A stretch of 63,917 nucleotides of DNA, filler included, from Catajapyx aquilonaris (GCA_000934665.2; 4 parts of 4 records of this genome joined end to end with filler, not necessarily neighbours in it), one strand, 5' to 3'. Numbered from the whole stretch's first letter, positions 36,382-48,913 are shown. The notes: generated by a model from the letters alone, not told the origin. Numbers and translations: made by a program.

Positions 36382-36990
36382 CACTTTTCATCAATAAATT
36401 ATGCAGCATTGTCGCCTAGGTGCTGTATATACAGACTAACTCATTATTCTTCTGAATAAATTATTAGGCTATATTACCTCATTACCTCACTTAAAGCGGC
36501 ATGCCGCAATAACCGGAGTTGTAGATTTTCATAATTTTGATCCTTGTCAAATTTTCTGGAATGCTTCTGGTGTACCGTACTGAAATAATGTTACAGTGAA
36601 AAATTGGCGAATGTACAGGGCTGTGAGAATGAGAATTCTGTTGCACAGTGCACAGTGTGTGACAAATCCCATCGTCAGCCTGCTTGGAGAGGGGAACCTC
36701 CTACTCTATTACAAAGGATCAAGGCAAACTTCTTCAGTCCTTCACTTTGCTCGGTAGCTCACTGGTAGCAGGTGTGACTGGTTTTATATTCCAGGCACAT
36801 TGGCAGATAGCTAATAATAGCCTATTATTGGTAATAATGAATGAAGGGTTAACTCTGAAAAATTGTATCTCCCAAAAATTCAGCGAAGTGGGGATAGTGA
36901 AAGTAACTAATGCTCGCTGTACTTTACAATGCACTGTACAGAGATTATTTCCACCCACTATAATTGAAAAGAACATACTGTGTACGGTAT

Positions 36991-37446
36991 AACCGAAGCA
37001 GGTTGGTGGAGTGGATAAGGTGTCCGACTGCTAATCGGGAGGTCCTGGGTTCGAGTCCCGGGGCCAGCGATCCTGACCGTGGTTTTCTGTGGTTTCCCAC
37101 GGTCCTCCCAGGAAAATTCCAGGGTCGCTTCCGTAAATAATAGGCCACAGCTGCCCCCTTCCTTTCCTATCCTTGACCCATCCATGGGGAGGTGCGGTGT
37201 CAGTGGGAGAGTTGCTGACCCACACCTAGGGGGTTGTCTTGCAACCTGACCCCCTGGGGGACTGCACACGACCCGCAACATAAAGACAACGCACTTGCAC
37301 GAGTGTCCCCTCCTCACAAATCCCTATCCTGATCCTTGCACCGGACAGCAAAATGTGAAAGAAAATTCGTAAGAAAAATGGTGGTATTCCACCCCCCTAA
37401 GGGAGCCAATGGCTCCAGCACGAGGTAGCAAATAAAAAAATACTAC
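36991..37446 (+). mobile_element. tRNA(Ser-GCT-like)-derived SINE (head 1), poly-A tail
   Basis: TGGTGGAGTGG..GACTGCTAATC..GGTTCGAGTCC; core GGTTTTCTGTGGTTTCCC..TAGGCCACAGC; TSD GTACGGTAT. Confidence 0.88.
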
Positions 37447-38129
37447 GTACGGTATTAGATTTGGAAAATGGGCCTTCTCAGTAGGCTCTTCATGCATTTC
37501 GATTTCAGGCAAATATCAAGTTATGAAAGGCTAATGGAAGTGAAAACCTCGCCTTATACCGGCATACCTTACGTAGACCTGCATGCCAGTATAGCCACCT
37601 GATCATTAATTTCTAAAAACTGGTCTACCTTGACTACACTGGCATGCCGCTTTATGTGAGGTAATATGGCACATTATTGGGATATGACATGTCTAACATA
37701 ATGTGTGCATATGTGTGTTACTCCATGGATTATTCTAAATAACTATGACAACACTTTCATAGCGTTCATTATGATCCTTCCGTCCTTCCTTCCTTCCTTC
37801 CTTCCCCAATCCCCCATCCCTGCTTTTTTTCCCAATATATTGCATCGCATCCAAGTGGTGAAGGTCAAGGCAGATTTGGCAGTCGAATTAAAAGGAGGGG
37901 AGGGAGGGGAAAAAAGCCACCCTCAAGCTCATATGGAGCATGCACAGGTCAGCTGAGATAGAGGCAAGGCAATCCCCTTCCGCCCCCAAACCCCTGACAG
38001 GTCTTTGTCCCCCTCCCTCAATCCCCGCTGGGGCCACCTCTGCTGTAAGGCCCTCCTTCTTGCCCACCCCCCATCGCCTGGACAACATTGTCTTGATTTT
38101 GTAAAGTATCATGTTGAATAGTATAGCCT

Positions 38130-38474
38130 GGGGAGGTGTGGTGGCCGTGATGGTAACGTCACGGCTTGCTGAGTGAAAGGCCCCAGGTTCGATCCCCGCC
38201 TGGGGAACTTTCCTTTCACCTGCGTCAGGAGGGTCTCTGACCTGCACCAAGGAGGTGTCTGGCAACCTAACCTCCTGGGGAACAGCACATGACCCCTTTA
38301 CCGACATTGCACTTGCACCTATGTTCCCTCCCCAAAAAATCCCTATCCCTACCCTACATCCTTGTCTCCTTGCACTGGTGTATGAAGTTAAGGAGTGAAA
38401 ATGGTGGTATCCCACCCCCCTAAAAAGGCTAAGCCTTAGCACGGGGTAACGTAAAAAAAATAAAAGAATAAAAA
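38130..38474 (+). mobile_element. tRNA-derived SINE (head 3), poly-A tail
   Basis: TGGCCGTGATGG / GGTTCGATCCC boxes; TSD ATAGT(A/G)TAGCCT. Confidence 0.85.
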
Positions 38475-38748
38475 ATAGTGTAGCCTAACATTTATCTGAG
38501 ATGGGCAGGGGTGGGAGGCGGGACGGGTTCATTTTGACAAGTTTTAATTTGTTCATATTTTGGGCTAGCTTGCGGCTTCCGTCATCGCTGACTACCCCTT
38601 ATAGGGAAATGTGATGGTGGTGATGATGATGATGACTGTATCTTTTTAAGTGACTTTTAAGTACTTATGAAATGTATTAATGATTACATTATTTAAATCT
38701 ACATTATGACCTGAAACAAATGTGCAATAGAAAGTGTTGCTGCAATGC

Positions 38749-39034
38749 ACCGAAGCAGTTTGGAGGAAGGGATATGGTGTCCGACTGCTAATCGGGAGGT
38801 CCTGGGATCAAATCCTGGGGCCGGCAACTCTGACCGTGGTTTTCTGTGGTTTCCCACGGTCCTTCCAGGAAAATTCTGGAGTTGCTTCCGTAATTAACAG
38901 GCCACAGCCACTTCCTTCCGTCCCTATCCTATCCCAAAGAGCACAGTAAAATGAAAGCAAAGAGTTCCAGGCAAAACAAACTTCCCCCCTAAATAGCCGA
39001 TGGCTGATAACGGGGTATGAATGATGAATTATGA

Positions 39035-39066
<32 letters not shown>

Positions 39067-39071
39067 GATTA
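38749..39071 (+). mobile_element. SINE head 1 with an alternative 3' end and (TTA)n tail
   Basis: Same head and core as 36991; TSD TGTTGCTGCAATGC. A 5'-truncated sister copy is at ~45651-45885. Confidence 0.88.
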
Positions 39072-39201
39072 TGTTGCTGCAATGCCTAGTTTCTGAGCTA
39101 TTCAACTCCAAAACTAGCTTGATTTGATGGTTTCAATTTGCGCCCCTCCCCTGGACATAACTCCTCACCTCTCGTGACCTTAAGGACAGCGAAGCAAAAT
39201 A

Positions 39202-40200
39202 CAGTGAAACCTGTGTATTGCGGAATCACGCGGGACCCTCAAAATTTTTAGTAATAGATAGGTTTCCGCTATATACAGATCGAGGACGTTACTGATATTT
39301 TTGGCCTATGAGAAAATGGGAGAGCATAAATTTAAGCACCATACCTCGATATGGTGCAAAAGCAGTCCATACAGTAGCATTTTTGTGGAATAGTCTGTCT
39401 TGCCTGTCATACAGCGCATCTTTAAAAAAATGGCAGTTTCGATGCATTTGAAAATGTCCTCCTTGGAATACCCCGAACAAATGCTTCCCACCTTCTCCTT
39501 CCAACTTTCTACTTCTTCAATATTCACGACACTTTTATCACCACACAGTTTACCACGAAATTCTGTGCCTGTTGTGGAATCTTTCCAGCCACCCCATTTG
39601 AAGCACTAAATTTTGCCACGCCAGGTTTTTGGACTATTAATTTTGCCTGCCCTATTGGACCATCGGCCCGGACACGGGCAATACACTGAGCCTGTGTCAA
39701 CCCCTTCCTCTTCTCCGACATTTTAAAACAGGACTGAAAAGTGAACTAAACTTGAAGGCAGGGCACCTGCAACTCACATGAGTCACAATCTTTGTGCCCT
39801 CCACCTGGTGGAAAGCAGTCTTTCCATTTTCCAACCCAAACTAGTCCCCTTTCAAGGCCACGGGCGAATAGCAATTCCAGCAATTATGAGACACAGTATG
39901 CTGTCATGCGGTCCATAAAGGGTTATGCAGAGGCCTCCTAGGAGGGACAAGCGTGAACACTGGCTGTAGCTTATATTTTTGTGACTCACAGGAGATAATG
40001 TGAACCTTTTGATTTCCGTTAAGAACAGAGATTTTCTCTGAAGGGAGACAAAAATCTCTTCCGTTTCCGCATTATGCAAGTTCCATAATACCAGTCAAAA
40101 AATATATGGCATGCCCTATGCATACACCTGTTCCCAGAAAAAACTCTGCAATGGGTAGGTTTCCACTATGCCCAGGGTCCGTAATGGGCAGGTTTCACTG
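39202..40200 (-). mobile_element. Tigger/pogo element, internally deleted
   Basis: TA|CAGTGAAACCTG ... CAGGTTTCACTG|TA. CENP-B-type relic FSASNGWLERFHNRH..EEVESWKEKV..YSKEDIF. Confidence 0.87.
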
Positions 40201-41654
40201 TATCTTGGAAATCTAGGTTTAAGAGTTGGCTCTACCATCTTGCTAAATATTTTGCAAATCTAAAAATTCACATGTACAACTCGTGATGATTTGGTAAGAA
40301 AGGACCCAGGATTGATTTGGTCACCCTGGGAAATAATTTTTAGTGGAAGTCTCCTGGAGTTGGAGAAACAATGATGGTAACTTGGTGCAAGGTCTGAACC
40401 ACACTCTGTACTGTTTGGAAGATACCCAAATGGGCTCCACTATATCTGCTCCGAAATAAAATATAAAATAAAAATATAACTGCTGGAGGAGGACACAAGG
40501 CAATGCTTCATTGCACAAGAGAGTCCTTAAATTGACATTGCTCAAAGTCTGCAAGTCTCAGATCATTGATCCGGATGTTGCACTCTCTTTCCTCGCTTGT
40601 TTTGCCACTTCCAGGAAGTTTTTGTCTGGCTAGGGCTTAGAGAGTAGCCAGGAGGCAAAAGAATATGCTTCAATCGACATGTTTGTGTGAAGTGTAGCTA
40701 AAGATCTAGGCCATAATGTGGCTATATTAATTTTTGAGCAAATTCTTAAACATTTTAAATGGCCAAAAAGGTGCTTACTTTTGAAATGCGGTAATATCAT
40801 GTATCTTGATCATTTCAGGGCTACGCAACGAAACTGAGATCTTTGCTCACCTCAGCAGGTTTTCTCATGTCTAATGGGACAAGACACACCCTCCTAGAGC
40901 AGCATGACAGCAGGAAAACAGTTCATATATCACAAGACGCAGCTCTGCCTCCTGATTTTCAAAATTTGTTTCAATGTGAGCAAGAATATATCAAACTACA
41001 GATGCAAGTGGAGCAGTTAAGAAAGAGGGTAAAAGACATGGATGGTAGTTTCCAGAATGCCAAAAAGAGAGAGGGTAACAGTTGAAGTCACAAATTGATT
41101 CAGCTTTTTTGGTAGCATTTGTTCTTCTTGCAGCAGAGACAGTTATTATGGTTGGTATCCAATCTACTAGATAGCAGTTTCTCGTGTGACATACTTTGGA
41201 AGCATGTGGAATTCCACTTTTGAGAAAGTCACTAGATAGAACAGTGCCAGTCAGTAAGTGCCAGTAAGTATTGGTGGCACCGCGAGCCCCTGCAGCAAAA
41301 GAGCGAATTGAAGCGATGAAATAGTTCTGATAGTTCGTGTGACATCACCGGCAGTGGACACTTATTCCTAGCAGGTTGGAGGGAGGGAAAGATGAATGGA
41401 ATTGCTTTTTTCTATTATTTTGAGCCAGTGACTCGAACAGATCATGTGTGTGAGGTGTGACTATAAACAATGTGTTTTATCAAGATGAAAGAGTTCAGGG
41501 GTGTACCGTACTTGAAGTGCCTATAAACATCACTGTATTAATCATTTTGCATTTTTATTGACTAATTGCCTCATTACAGGGAAGAAACCGCCTTTGTTCA
41601 CCTTGCCATATTTAAAAGAGTCAATTCCTAATCACCTTTAGAGTCTCCAGTAAT

Positions 41655-41913
41655 AGGGCGACACGGTGGCCGAGTGGTTAGCGCCGCAGCCTTCCACCTC
41701 TAAGGTCCCGAGTTCGATCCCCGGGTCGGACGGAGGATACTTATGTGGATAGAGTTTCGATGGGTTCTCTCCGTGTTCGCGTGGGTTTTCTCGGGGTTCT
41801 CCCGTTTCCTCCCACTATCAAAATCCATCACATTACATTACAGGCAAATGATTAAAGTCGGTTATTCAAAAGATGATCCCCTAAGAGGCCCAAGGGGCCT
41901 ATCACGGGGTATC

Positions 41914-41969
<56 letters not shown>

Positions 41970-41977
41970 TTATTATT
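41655..41977 (+). mobile_element. tRNA-derived SINE with (TTA)n tail
   Basis: TGGCCGAGTGG / GAGTTCGATCC; TSD AGAGTCTCCAGTAAT. Confidence 0.9.
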
Positions 41978-42379
41978 AGAGTCTCCAGTAATGTCACTGT
42001 CACAAAAAATACTGTTACACTGATCCATATGATGATACCCCATGTATTTAAATTCTACCCCTTCTCGTACGCCTTGTAATCACTTCCTTCCTTCTCCAGC
42101 CAATGCATTGTGCATTCTAAGCTAGTGCTGTTGAAGATGCCGGCAGACAATTGTGCAGTGAACTGAGGGCGCATTGTTGGGATGTGGGAGTGTGGGAGAA
42201 GTGTCAGAAACATCACCTTAGCAGTAAATGTCTCGGAAGAAACTGTCTGCCTGTCAGCTTGCTCAGGGGTGGTCTTCCATGGCCCTTCTTTTTCTTCTCA
42301 TTGTCTGCCAGGCCATTTGCTCCATGCAGGACAAATGTATTAACCTGACCTCATCTGCATGGACCAAAACCCCTTTCAG

Positions 42380-42680
42380 CCCTCTGACAGAGTTGTGGAC
42401 AAGTTGGAGGTGCAAGTCTCAGTGTGGACAAGCTCAAACTCACAGAGGAACACTGGGGGCATAGGTTCCGCATTGTCCTGGAACATCTTTTTTATACTTC
42501 CGAATTCCAGGAGCTGGTGATTTGGATAGAGGTCTTTATGTTGTCAGGCGATGGCCATTGCCATGTGTGGTGCCCTGATGACCACAGGCTGGATCCTTGC
42601 TACACCTTGCCTCAGGAGCTCTTGGGCAGGATCTCCCTTGCCTTCTGGGGATGGATGGGACTACCCTTCGAATAGCTTTC
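42380..42680 (+). mobile_element. Tc1-like transposase relic
   Basis: EFQELVIW..SGDGHCHVWCPDDHRLDPCYTLP..GRISLAFWGWM resembles the Tc1 VIWSDE..VWR..MxWG region; the catalytic D is lost. Confidence 0.6.
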
Positions 42681-42759
42681 CCCTGATACAGCAGGATCGC
42701 AGGCATCTCACACATGGCTGTCATGTTGGCAAGATGCACAACAGTGACCTGTTTCACAA

Positions 42760-42868
42760 GGTACTATATCGCTCAAAAACATAGAGACGATTTTGCATTT
42801 GACTCAAGTACAGCTTGCACTTGAGTCAAATGCAAAATCGTCTCTATGTTTTTGAGCGATATAGTACC
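42760..42868. repeat. Perfect hairpin with 50-bp arms (MITE-like)
   Basis: GGTACTATATCGCTCAAAAAC..GACTCAAGT / ACTTGAGTC..GTTTTTGAGCGATATAGTACC. Confidence 0.92.
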
Positions 42869-43244
42869 AGATGCCACTCTATTCCTAACAATCTCAACAG
42901 ACTCCTTTATTTAACTTTATATTCTGTTCTTTGACTCCATATCCACAGGAAGTGACCTGTCTGTCCTGTGCCAAGCTTTATTTGCAACTGTAATTCAACC
43001 TATGCCAAAGGCAACTTGGGAAGGGATATAATTCTCATACGTGCAGGTGGAAAAACAGTGTTTTCCAGCAAAAATGAATCCAGGCTGGTAACAAGTAAAC
43101 AAATATGGTGCCTGGATAATGGAGGGTTTTCGAGTTGACCACATGACCACCCAACATCACTGATTGATTCATATGTGGCAGGAACCAATACTAATTTGAA
43201 GAAAGATCAATATCAAATAGATATTCTTAAATTTCCACAAAAAA

Positions 43245-43558
43245 GGGAGATGAAGTGGCGCCGCGGTAACGCGCGCGCCCATGGATATGATGGTCCCGGG
43301 TTCAATACCCACCCCGGGGTTCCCACCTTTATTGTTGGGCCATCTCTGGCTTCATTTCGGGTGGAAATTTCCTAAAGACTAATCCACCCGGGGGAGTTCA
43401 CAATGCACATGCACTTTGCACATCCCCTCCTACCTACCCTTGGAGTAACTAATAAGATCTTCTTAACTCGCTCCAGTAAATCCCAATGGTGGTAATCCAC
43501 CCCCCTAAGGAGTAGGGAGCTCCCCCCTGTGGGGTAATGGAAAAAAAAGAAAAAAAAA
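43245..43558 (+). mobile_element. SINE head 2 with poly-A-type tail
   Basis: Head and body match 35183-35552; the 3' end matches those of 36991 and 38130. Confidence 0.85.
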
Positions 43559-43865
43559 TCTACAAAAATGCAGACAGGAACAAAAAAAAACTAGCATTCC
43601 CTAGCTGTAAACACAAGTTATCATCCGGCCAAAAATGTGAGGTCTTGGTTGCAAATATCCTCATTATAGTCTGCATAGGTTACTTTCGATGTACTATTGG
43701 AATGGATATGTAAAATTATTCTGAGTTATGGCTTTACTGCTCTATGGCCTGAATATTACTCCAGGTAAGAAGTGTATCTCACATGAAGCAGTGTACTGAA
43801 TGGAAAAATGGATTTCAACATATCAATTAGGAAAGCATTATTTTTAAGAGTTTTATTTCATATAT

Positions 43866-44075
43866 TTACAAATCCCAATATGTAAAAGACTGATCAGTGG
43901 TCCGCATATCGGGGACTCCGTGGTTGATAGGGAACTTCGTCCCTGTCTCGGGGCACACCAGCTCACCGTTGATTACTTCGACTTCGTTCAGGATGTGATG
44001 GACTTTCTTCAAAAAGTGTGTGTCACTATTGAAGTCTTTTGGTATTTTGCGAGGAAGGTCACCCAAGTGCCCAAT
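43866..44075 (-). pseudogene. TRMT112: TRMT112/Trm112-like terminal exon, orphan (divergent paralogue or pseudogene)
   Basis: tttcag|IGHLGDLP..FLKKVHHILNEVEVINGELVCPETGTKFPINHGVPDM matches the Trm112 C-terminal half. The tail RTTDQSFTYWDL is atypical and no upstream exon was found. Confidence 0.75.
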
Positions 44076-44089
44076 CTGAAAGTAGTATG

Positions 44090-44784
44090 CATTATGATGC
44101 ATTACTTCTTGTCCTTATAGCTGTAAGTACAGATGGAGAACCAAGATTCCAGAAGCCTCCCAAGACATTGATGATGATCTTGGCAAAGAACCAAGACAAT
44201 GCTGTGCAGGCTATTGGGTGAATATCTGTAATGTGAGCACAAGAAGCTGGCGCCTGGAAGGAGGGGTCAACTCTTCAGGTTATGGATGCATTACTAGCCT
44301 TTTCAATTCGCACAGAACCTAAAATTAGAAAGGCTGCACAACATGCAATACCAGCTGATTTTAAATGGAGCAGGTTCATGACTGGACCGACTGCAATATC
44401 CTGTGGAAAGCTAGAGAAGTGTGCCATAACAACTAGACTACCTCTGCCACCACAATTCACCTGCTGGCTTTCCTAGGGCAGCCCCCCATGTATCTCCACC
44501 TTGTTGTGGTGGTGGGGGCTTGTGTTTCTCCCACGACCCAAAGAGCTAATGCTGCCGTCAGATGTCAGATGTAAGAAGACCGTAACTCAACAAACTAGTA
44601 AGGGTTGAAGTCACATGCATGCCCTGCACTAATCCCCTCTGAGTCAGGGGGGATTAGTACATGGCATGCATGCGACTCACCCTTACTAGTTTTTTGAGTT
44701 GCGGTCTTTTACATCTGACGGCATAGTATGCTGGCGGTAGCTTCGTCTACTGGCAGGACCACCCAAGTTGGACAGATCTTAGTG

Positions 44785-44821
<37 letters not shown>

Positions 44822-45545
44822 GTCTTTCCTTTATTCTTTTTCCTTTTCATTTCTGTCTCCTTCTGTCCCACCTTTGTGTCTTCTAATAGCCAGATACCCG
44901 TATAGTTGCTTTGGCTCCTTCCTAATAAACCTAAACCTAAACCTAGGGCAGGTGATGCCCTACCTTTCCGCAGGTTTGGATCAAAAAGGCCTGTGAAATG
45001 CGATACTGAATGGTATTACCGAAGGGTTAGGCACTGAACTGATCAGTGTACACCTGATTGAGATTGGCTATGATTGTGGAGGACTGGGAATGATTGGGGA
45101 GGATTAGGTGTGATTGGGACGAGATTGGGATTGGGAAGCAAGTGTAGACCCAATTGGGAGAATGCCTAACCCCTTAGTTATGACCTTAGAGCTTAGATGC
45201 ATCTAGATTGGTTCATTCGGTAGCTTTCAGAGCCATATATCAATTAGCTATTGCAACACCTGATCCTGATGCAGCTGATTTCCCATCAGAAACTAACTCA
45301 CAGCTATAAATGCTCTGTATGATGTACACCCAGCCTTATGTAATGGTGTCTGACTTGCAATGTCATGGGTTGATGCTGTTTCATCATGAGTGGAAAATCT
45401 GGCTCGTAATGACGTGTCATTGGCAGCACATCATCTTCCACTATTTATCTCAACTGCTATGGATTGGCTTCAAGTATATACCCAGATGTACTTGTTGCTT
45501 TAATTACTACAATGGCATCACTTTTAAAATGTGCAGCACATCCAG
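44090..45545 (+). pseudogene. RRP12: RRP12-like pseudogene fragments (~44090-44410 and ~45190-45545), interrupted by repeats
   Basis: *AQEAGAWKEGSTLQVMDALLAFSIRTEPKIRKAAQHAI and FPSETNSQL/INALYD..ENLARNDVSLAAHHLPLFISTAM match RRP12 motifs (PKIRKAAQH; NAQIITALYD; HLP.F). Stops and frameshifts are present. Confidence 0.75.
44549..44726. mobile_element. Palindromic MITE inserted into an RTE-like LINE 5' UTR fragment
   Basis: TGCCGTCAGATGT ... ACATCTGACGGCA arms pair almost to the centre. Flanks CACCTTGTTGTGGTG..GAGCTA / TGCTGGCGG..ACCCAAG resemble RTE 5' ends. Confidence 0.65.
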
Positions 45546-46520
45546 GTAGTGCTTGGACCCCTCTTGGGGTATTGCACGGACCTTTATTTATTAACTATAG
45601 TACAACGTACACAATTGGAGCCTTTGATGAAGCACCCGGGCCTACGGGCAGGATCAAATCCCGGGGCTGGCAACTCTGACCGTGGTTTTCTATAGTTTCC
45701 CATGGTCCTTCCAGGAAAATTCTGCAGTTGCTTCCGTAATAAATAGGCGACGGCCGCTTCCTTCCATCCCTATCCTATCCCAAAGAGCACAGTAAAATGA
45801 AAATCAAAGAGTTCCAGGCAAAACAAACTTCCCCCCTAAAGAGCGCATGGCTGATAACGGGATATGAATTATTATTAATTATTTTTAGGCCTGGAACCAC
45901 CTCAAAAGATGTGCGTAAAAACTTACATGATTAATTAACATCCAGGCAGCCTTCTGTCCATGGCCAATTACTTGATCCTACACAATATTGTTGCCATTTT
46001 TCTGCCATAATACTGGGCCTCACCATGGAAGCCATAATTATTATTGAACACTCAGCGTCTGTGATCAAGGTAGATCAAGGTCTCGTACGTTGATATGCTT
46101 CGTGCGTTCAACCCATTCAAGTGCTTGAAAGCCCTTGAAATTTGATATTGGATGGCTCCGTCTGCTCCAACAAAATCCGTGCAGGTGTTAATTTTTGCTC
46201 ACAGTCCATTTTTCTCCTACACATCCAGTTACAATCCATCCAGCCTTATTATATATGTTCACACATAACACTTTTTAATAACACACTTCCGATTGAATTT
46301 ATTGCTCAGTTATGCTACAGGATTCAAAGTTTACCACAATTCTAGATAGGAATACCTGCAACATAAATGTGGGTAAGGTATCCATATTTACAAAATTGCA
46401 ACGCATAGAGGACGTGCAACCTTTTCCCATCTGGTACAATTGCAGCAGAACTACCGGGGCTTACGACTCACCTCTGACGACTGATATTTCAGCAATATTG
46501 TACTGTACAACTTAACTGGC

Positions 46521-48293
46521 TTATCCTACTCGCGGCCGACCTCCATTGCATGATGTTGATGACCCGGGAAGTCCGTCGGCCAATGAGGAAAGGTGACTAA
46601 TGTGGGATGACCATCCATCAAGAATCTCTTCCACTTGCCGACGGCTGTCGATGACACTTTGGTCTACCACAAGACCAGCTCGGACATGGCCATCGTAACT
46701 CAGCAAGGAGAGTCCAATTCCTAAGTAAAATCAACATGGTTAGATTATTGGGGCTAAAATCAGGAGGTAGTTTTTAATGCAACATTTTTTTCCCATTTGG
46801 TCTTGGATAATTATTGAATTAAAATTTAATTTTAATGCAGAATGCCGAACGTGATGGTAACACCCACAACAGTATATTTTATTGCAGTGATGTCATCCAC
46901 TATATACGTATTTGTACTCAGTGTCTTCTGTAATAAATTACATTACTAAAATTTAGAAATAACGGCCTATTTCAATAATGAAAGAATTGAGGATCATATT
47001 TGAATAATTGTCCTGCATGCAGTGACTACCAACTTATGCCATTATTTTTGTTTCAGTAATGTACTGCTAGCTGACTTATTCTTATGGCATGATAATAATT
47101 ATTGGAATTATTTGCATTCATGCAGAGTGTATATCAATTAATGGTCAATGTATAATGATAGATGCATTGTGATCCCTAGATCAGCACTGGTAATCATATC
47201 AAAATTTTTGGTTCTAAGATATGCTGACCCTGGTGGAAAAGAATACCGACAACCAAAGTAATTCTTCTTACCCGGGCCCGGGCGTTACGTATAAAGGCTC
47301 CGATGTACACGGCGAAAATAAATAAAGGTCCGTGCTACATACCTCTGACGGTCTTTGCCTCTGATGAGGTCAGCACTACCCCGGATTACTATATTATTAT
47401 TATAACTCTTCTTACCCTCCTGAATTTTGAAAAATTTTCGCTTTTCTAATTCTGCTTGGCCTATAGTGTTGAGAAAACGTCACCTTTGCTGCTAATTTCC
47501 ACGTTAGCAGGGTGAAAATGCAGCCAAAATGCGATATTCTGAAGCCACAACACCTGCATCCGGTCGCGAGTGGCCGGTCCCGGCTGCCCGGTCGCGAGTT
47601 GCCTTTCACCGCGTCTGTAGCGCTCTCCGGTGCCGCGAAGGAGAAGGCTCATCTCGCAAGCTTTGAAGTCGAAGGCGATTATAATAATGGAGAGCCTTGG
47701 AGTCCTGGATCTCCATTGTTATAATCACCTTCGACTTCAAAGCGTGCGAGATGACTCTTCTCCTTCGCGGCACCAGAGAACGCTACAGGCGCAGTGACAG
47801 GCAACTCGCAACAGGATGCAGGTGTTGTGGCTTCGGAATATCGCCTTTTGGCTGTATTTTCACCCTGCTAACGTGGAAATTAGCAGCGGAGGTGATGTTT
47901 TTTCAACACTATAGGCCAAGCAGAATTAGAAAATCCAAAAAATTTCAAAATTCATGAGGGTAAGAAGAGTTACTTTGGTTATTGTGAGACAAAAAGGCAG
48001 TGAATGGAAAGTCCAAATAGAAAAAAAGTATTGCAGGGGATTTTAAATGATTTTGTTATTATTAGCCCTGACCAATGTTTCCACGAGTGGGCACCCAGAA
48101 CATAAAATCGCAGAGGCGGTCTCCCCAGAGTGAGATCGTCCTGGAAGGCCCTGGAACGTTGCTGACAACCAGTGTAGAAGGTGTGTGGTCCAATAGCAGG
48201 CGACTAAATGGCGATGGTAACAGTTTTGCCAGAATTCTCAATGACCAGTAGATGGCCATCATTTCTGGAGACTTTTTCAGCTGATCACTATGC
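46521..48293 (-). CDS. Wax ester synthase / diacylglycerol acyltransferase (WS/DGAT family), last two exons 48073-48293 and 46521-46720
   Basis: The phase-1 GT-AG join gives STLVVSNVPGP..DFMFWVPTRGNIGIGLSLLSYDGHVRAGLVVD, hallmark motifs of the WS/DGAT C-terminal domain; TAA at 46521-46523. Confidence 0.85.
47248..47985. mobile_element. Large palindromic (foldback/MITE) element, ~300-bp arms, negligible spacer
   Basis: Arm 47403-47695 is the reverse complement of ~47710-47972; termini ACAACCAAAGTAA / TTACTTTGGTT. Confidence 0.9.
47274..47402 (+). mobile_element. 5'-truncated retroposon tail inserted in the palindrome arm
   Basis: 15-bp TSD TAA(T/C)TCTTCTTACCC and (TTA)n end; sequence matches the 3' tail of SINE 35183-35552. 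Confidence 0.8.
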
Positions 48294-48317
48294 CTGTGTA
48301 ATAATAGCAGTAGTAAC

Positions 48318-48398
<81 letters not shown>
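48318..48398 (+). repeat. (CAT)n microsatellite just upstream of the WS/DGAT splice acceptor
   Basis: Directly visible. Confidence 0.97.
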
Positions 48399-48667
48399 AG
48401 TGTTGATAAATTACATGACATGTTAATGCATGGTAACAGGAATTTATATTATTTTTAAAAATTCTGCGATATCCACATTGCACTGAAAACTCTTAAGTGC
48501 ATGGGAGATGGGCAAGTAAAGCTGGTAATTATATTACAGTTAGAAATTTAATTTTATTAACGCTGCATTAGATTCATTTGCCTATCCGAATCTTTATACC
48601 CACCAGAGTTTTCAGTGTGGATTTATCCATAAAATATACTTATTTTATATACTTTTATATTATATAT

Positions 48668-48913
48668 GAAGGCATGAATTGCACAAGAGCCCAAGTCCGT
48701 CATTTTACGAAAACGGGTTTAACACATGATAACACTCTAAACGCATGGGCACATCTGTTATGACCGAGAAAAGGGCCGAAGTCCATATTCCTCGAGCAGA
48801 ATATTGCACTTGAAAATTCCGATGATATGCAAAAGGGTAAGGAAACGGGAAGGTTTTTTGCTTCTGCTGAAAAATTTTGCAATTTGGACTTGGGCCCTTG
48901 TGCAATTCATGCC

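Noticed and set aside
36995..37075. tRNA-Ser(GCT) gene (and other tRNA-like heads)
   Set aside because: Poor acceptor stem, no long variable arm, followed by SINE core, tail and TSD; these are SINE heads.
40320..40680. Possible Ty3/gypsy gag relic on the minus strand
   Set aside because: Only vague similarity; no LTR, PBS or pol motifs.
47310..47395. Hammerhead ribozyme (CGAAA ... CTGATGAG)
   Set aside because: Stems I-III cannot be formed around the core; the segment is explained as a retroposon tail.
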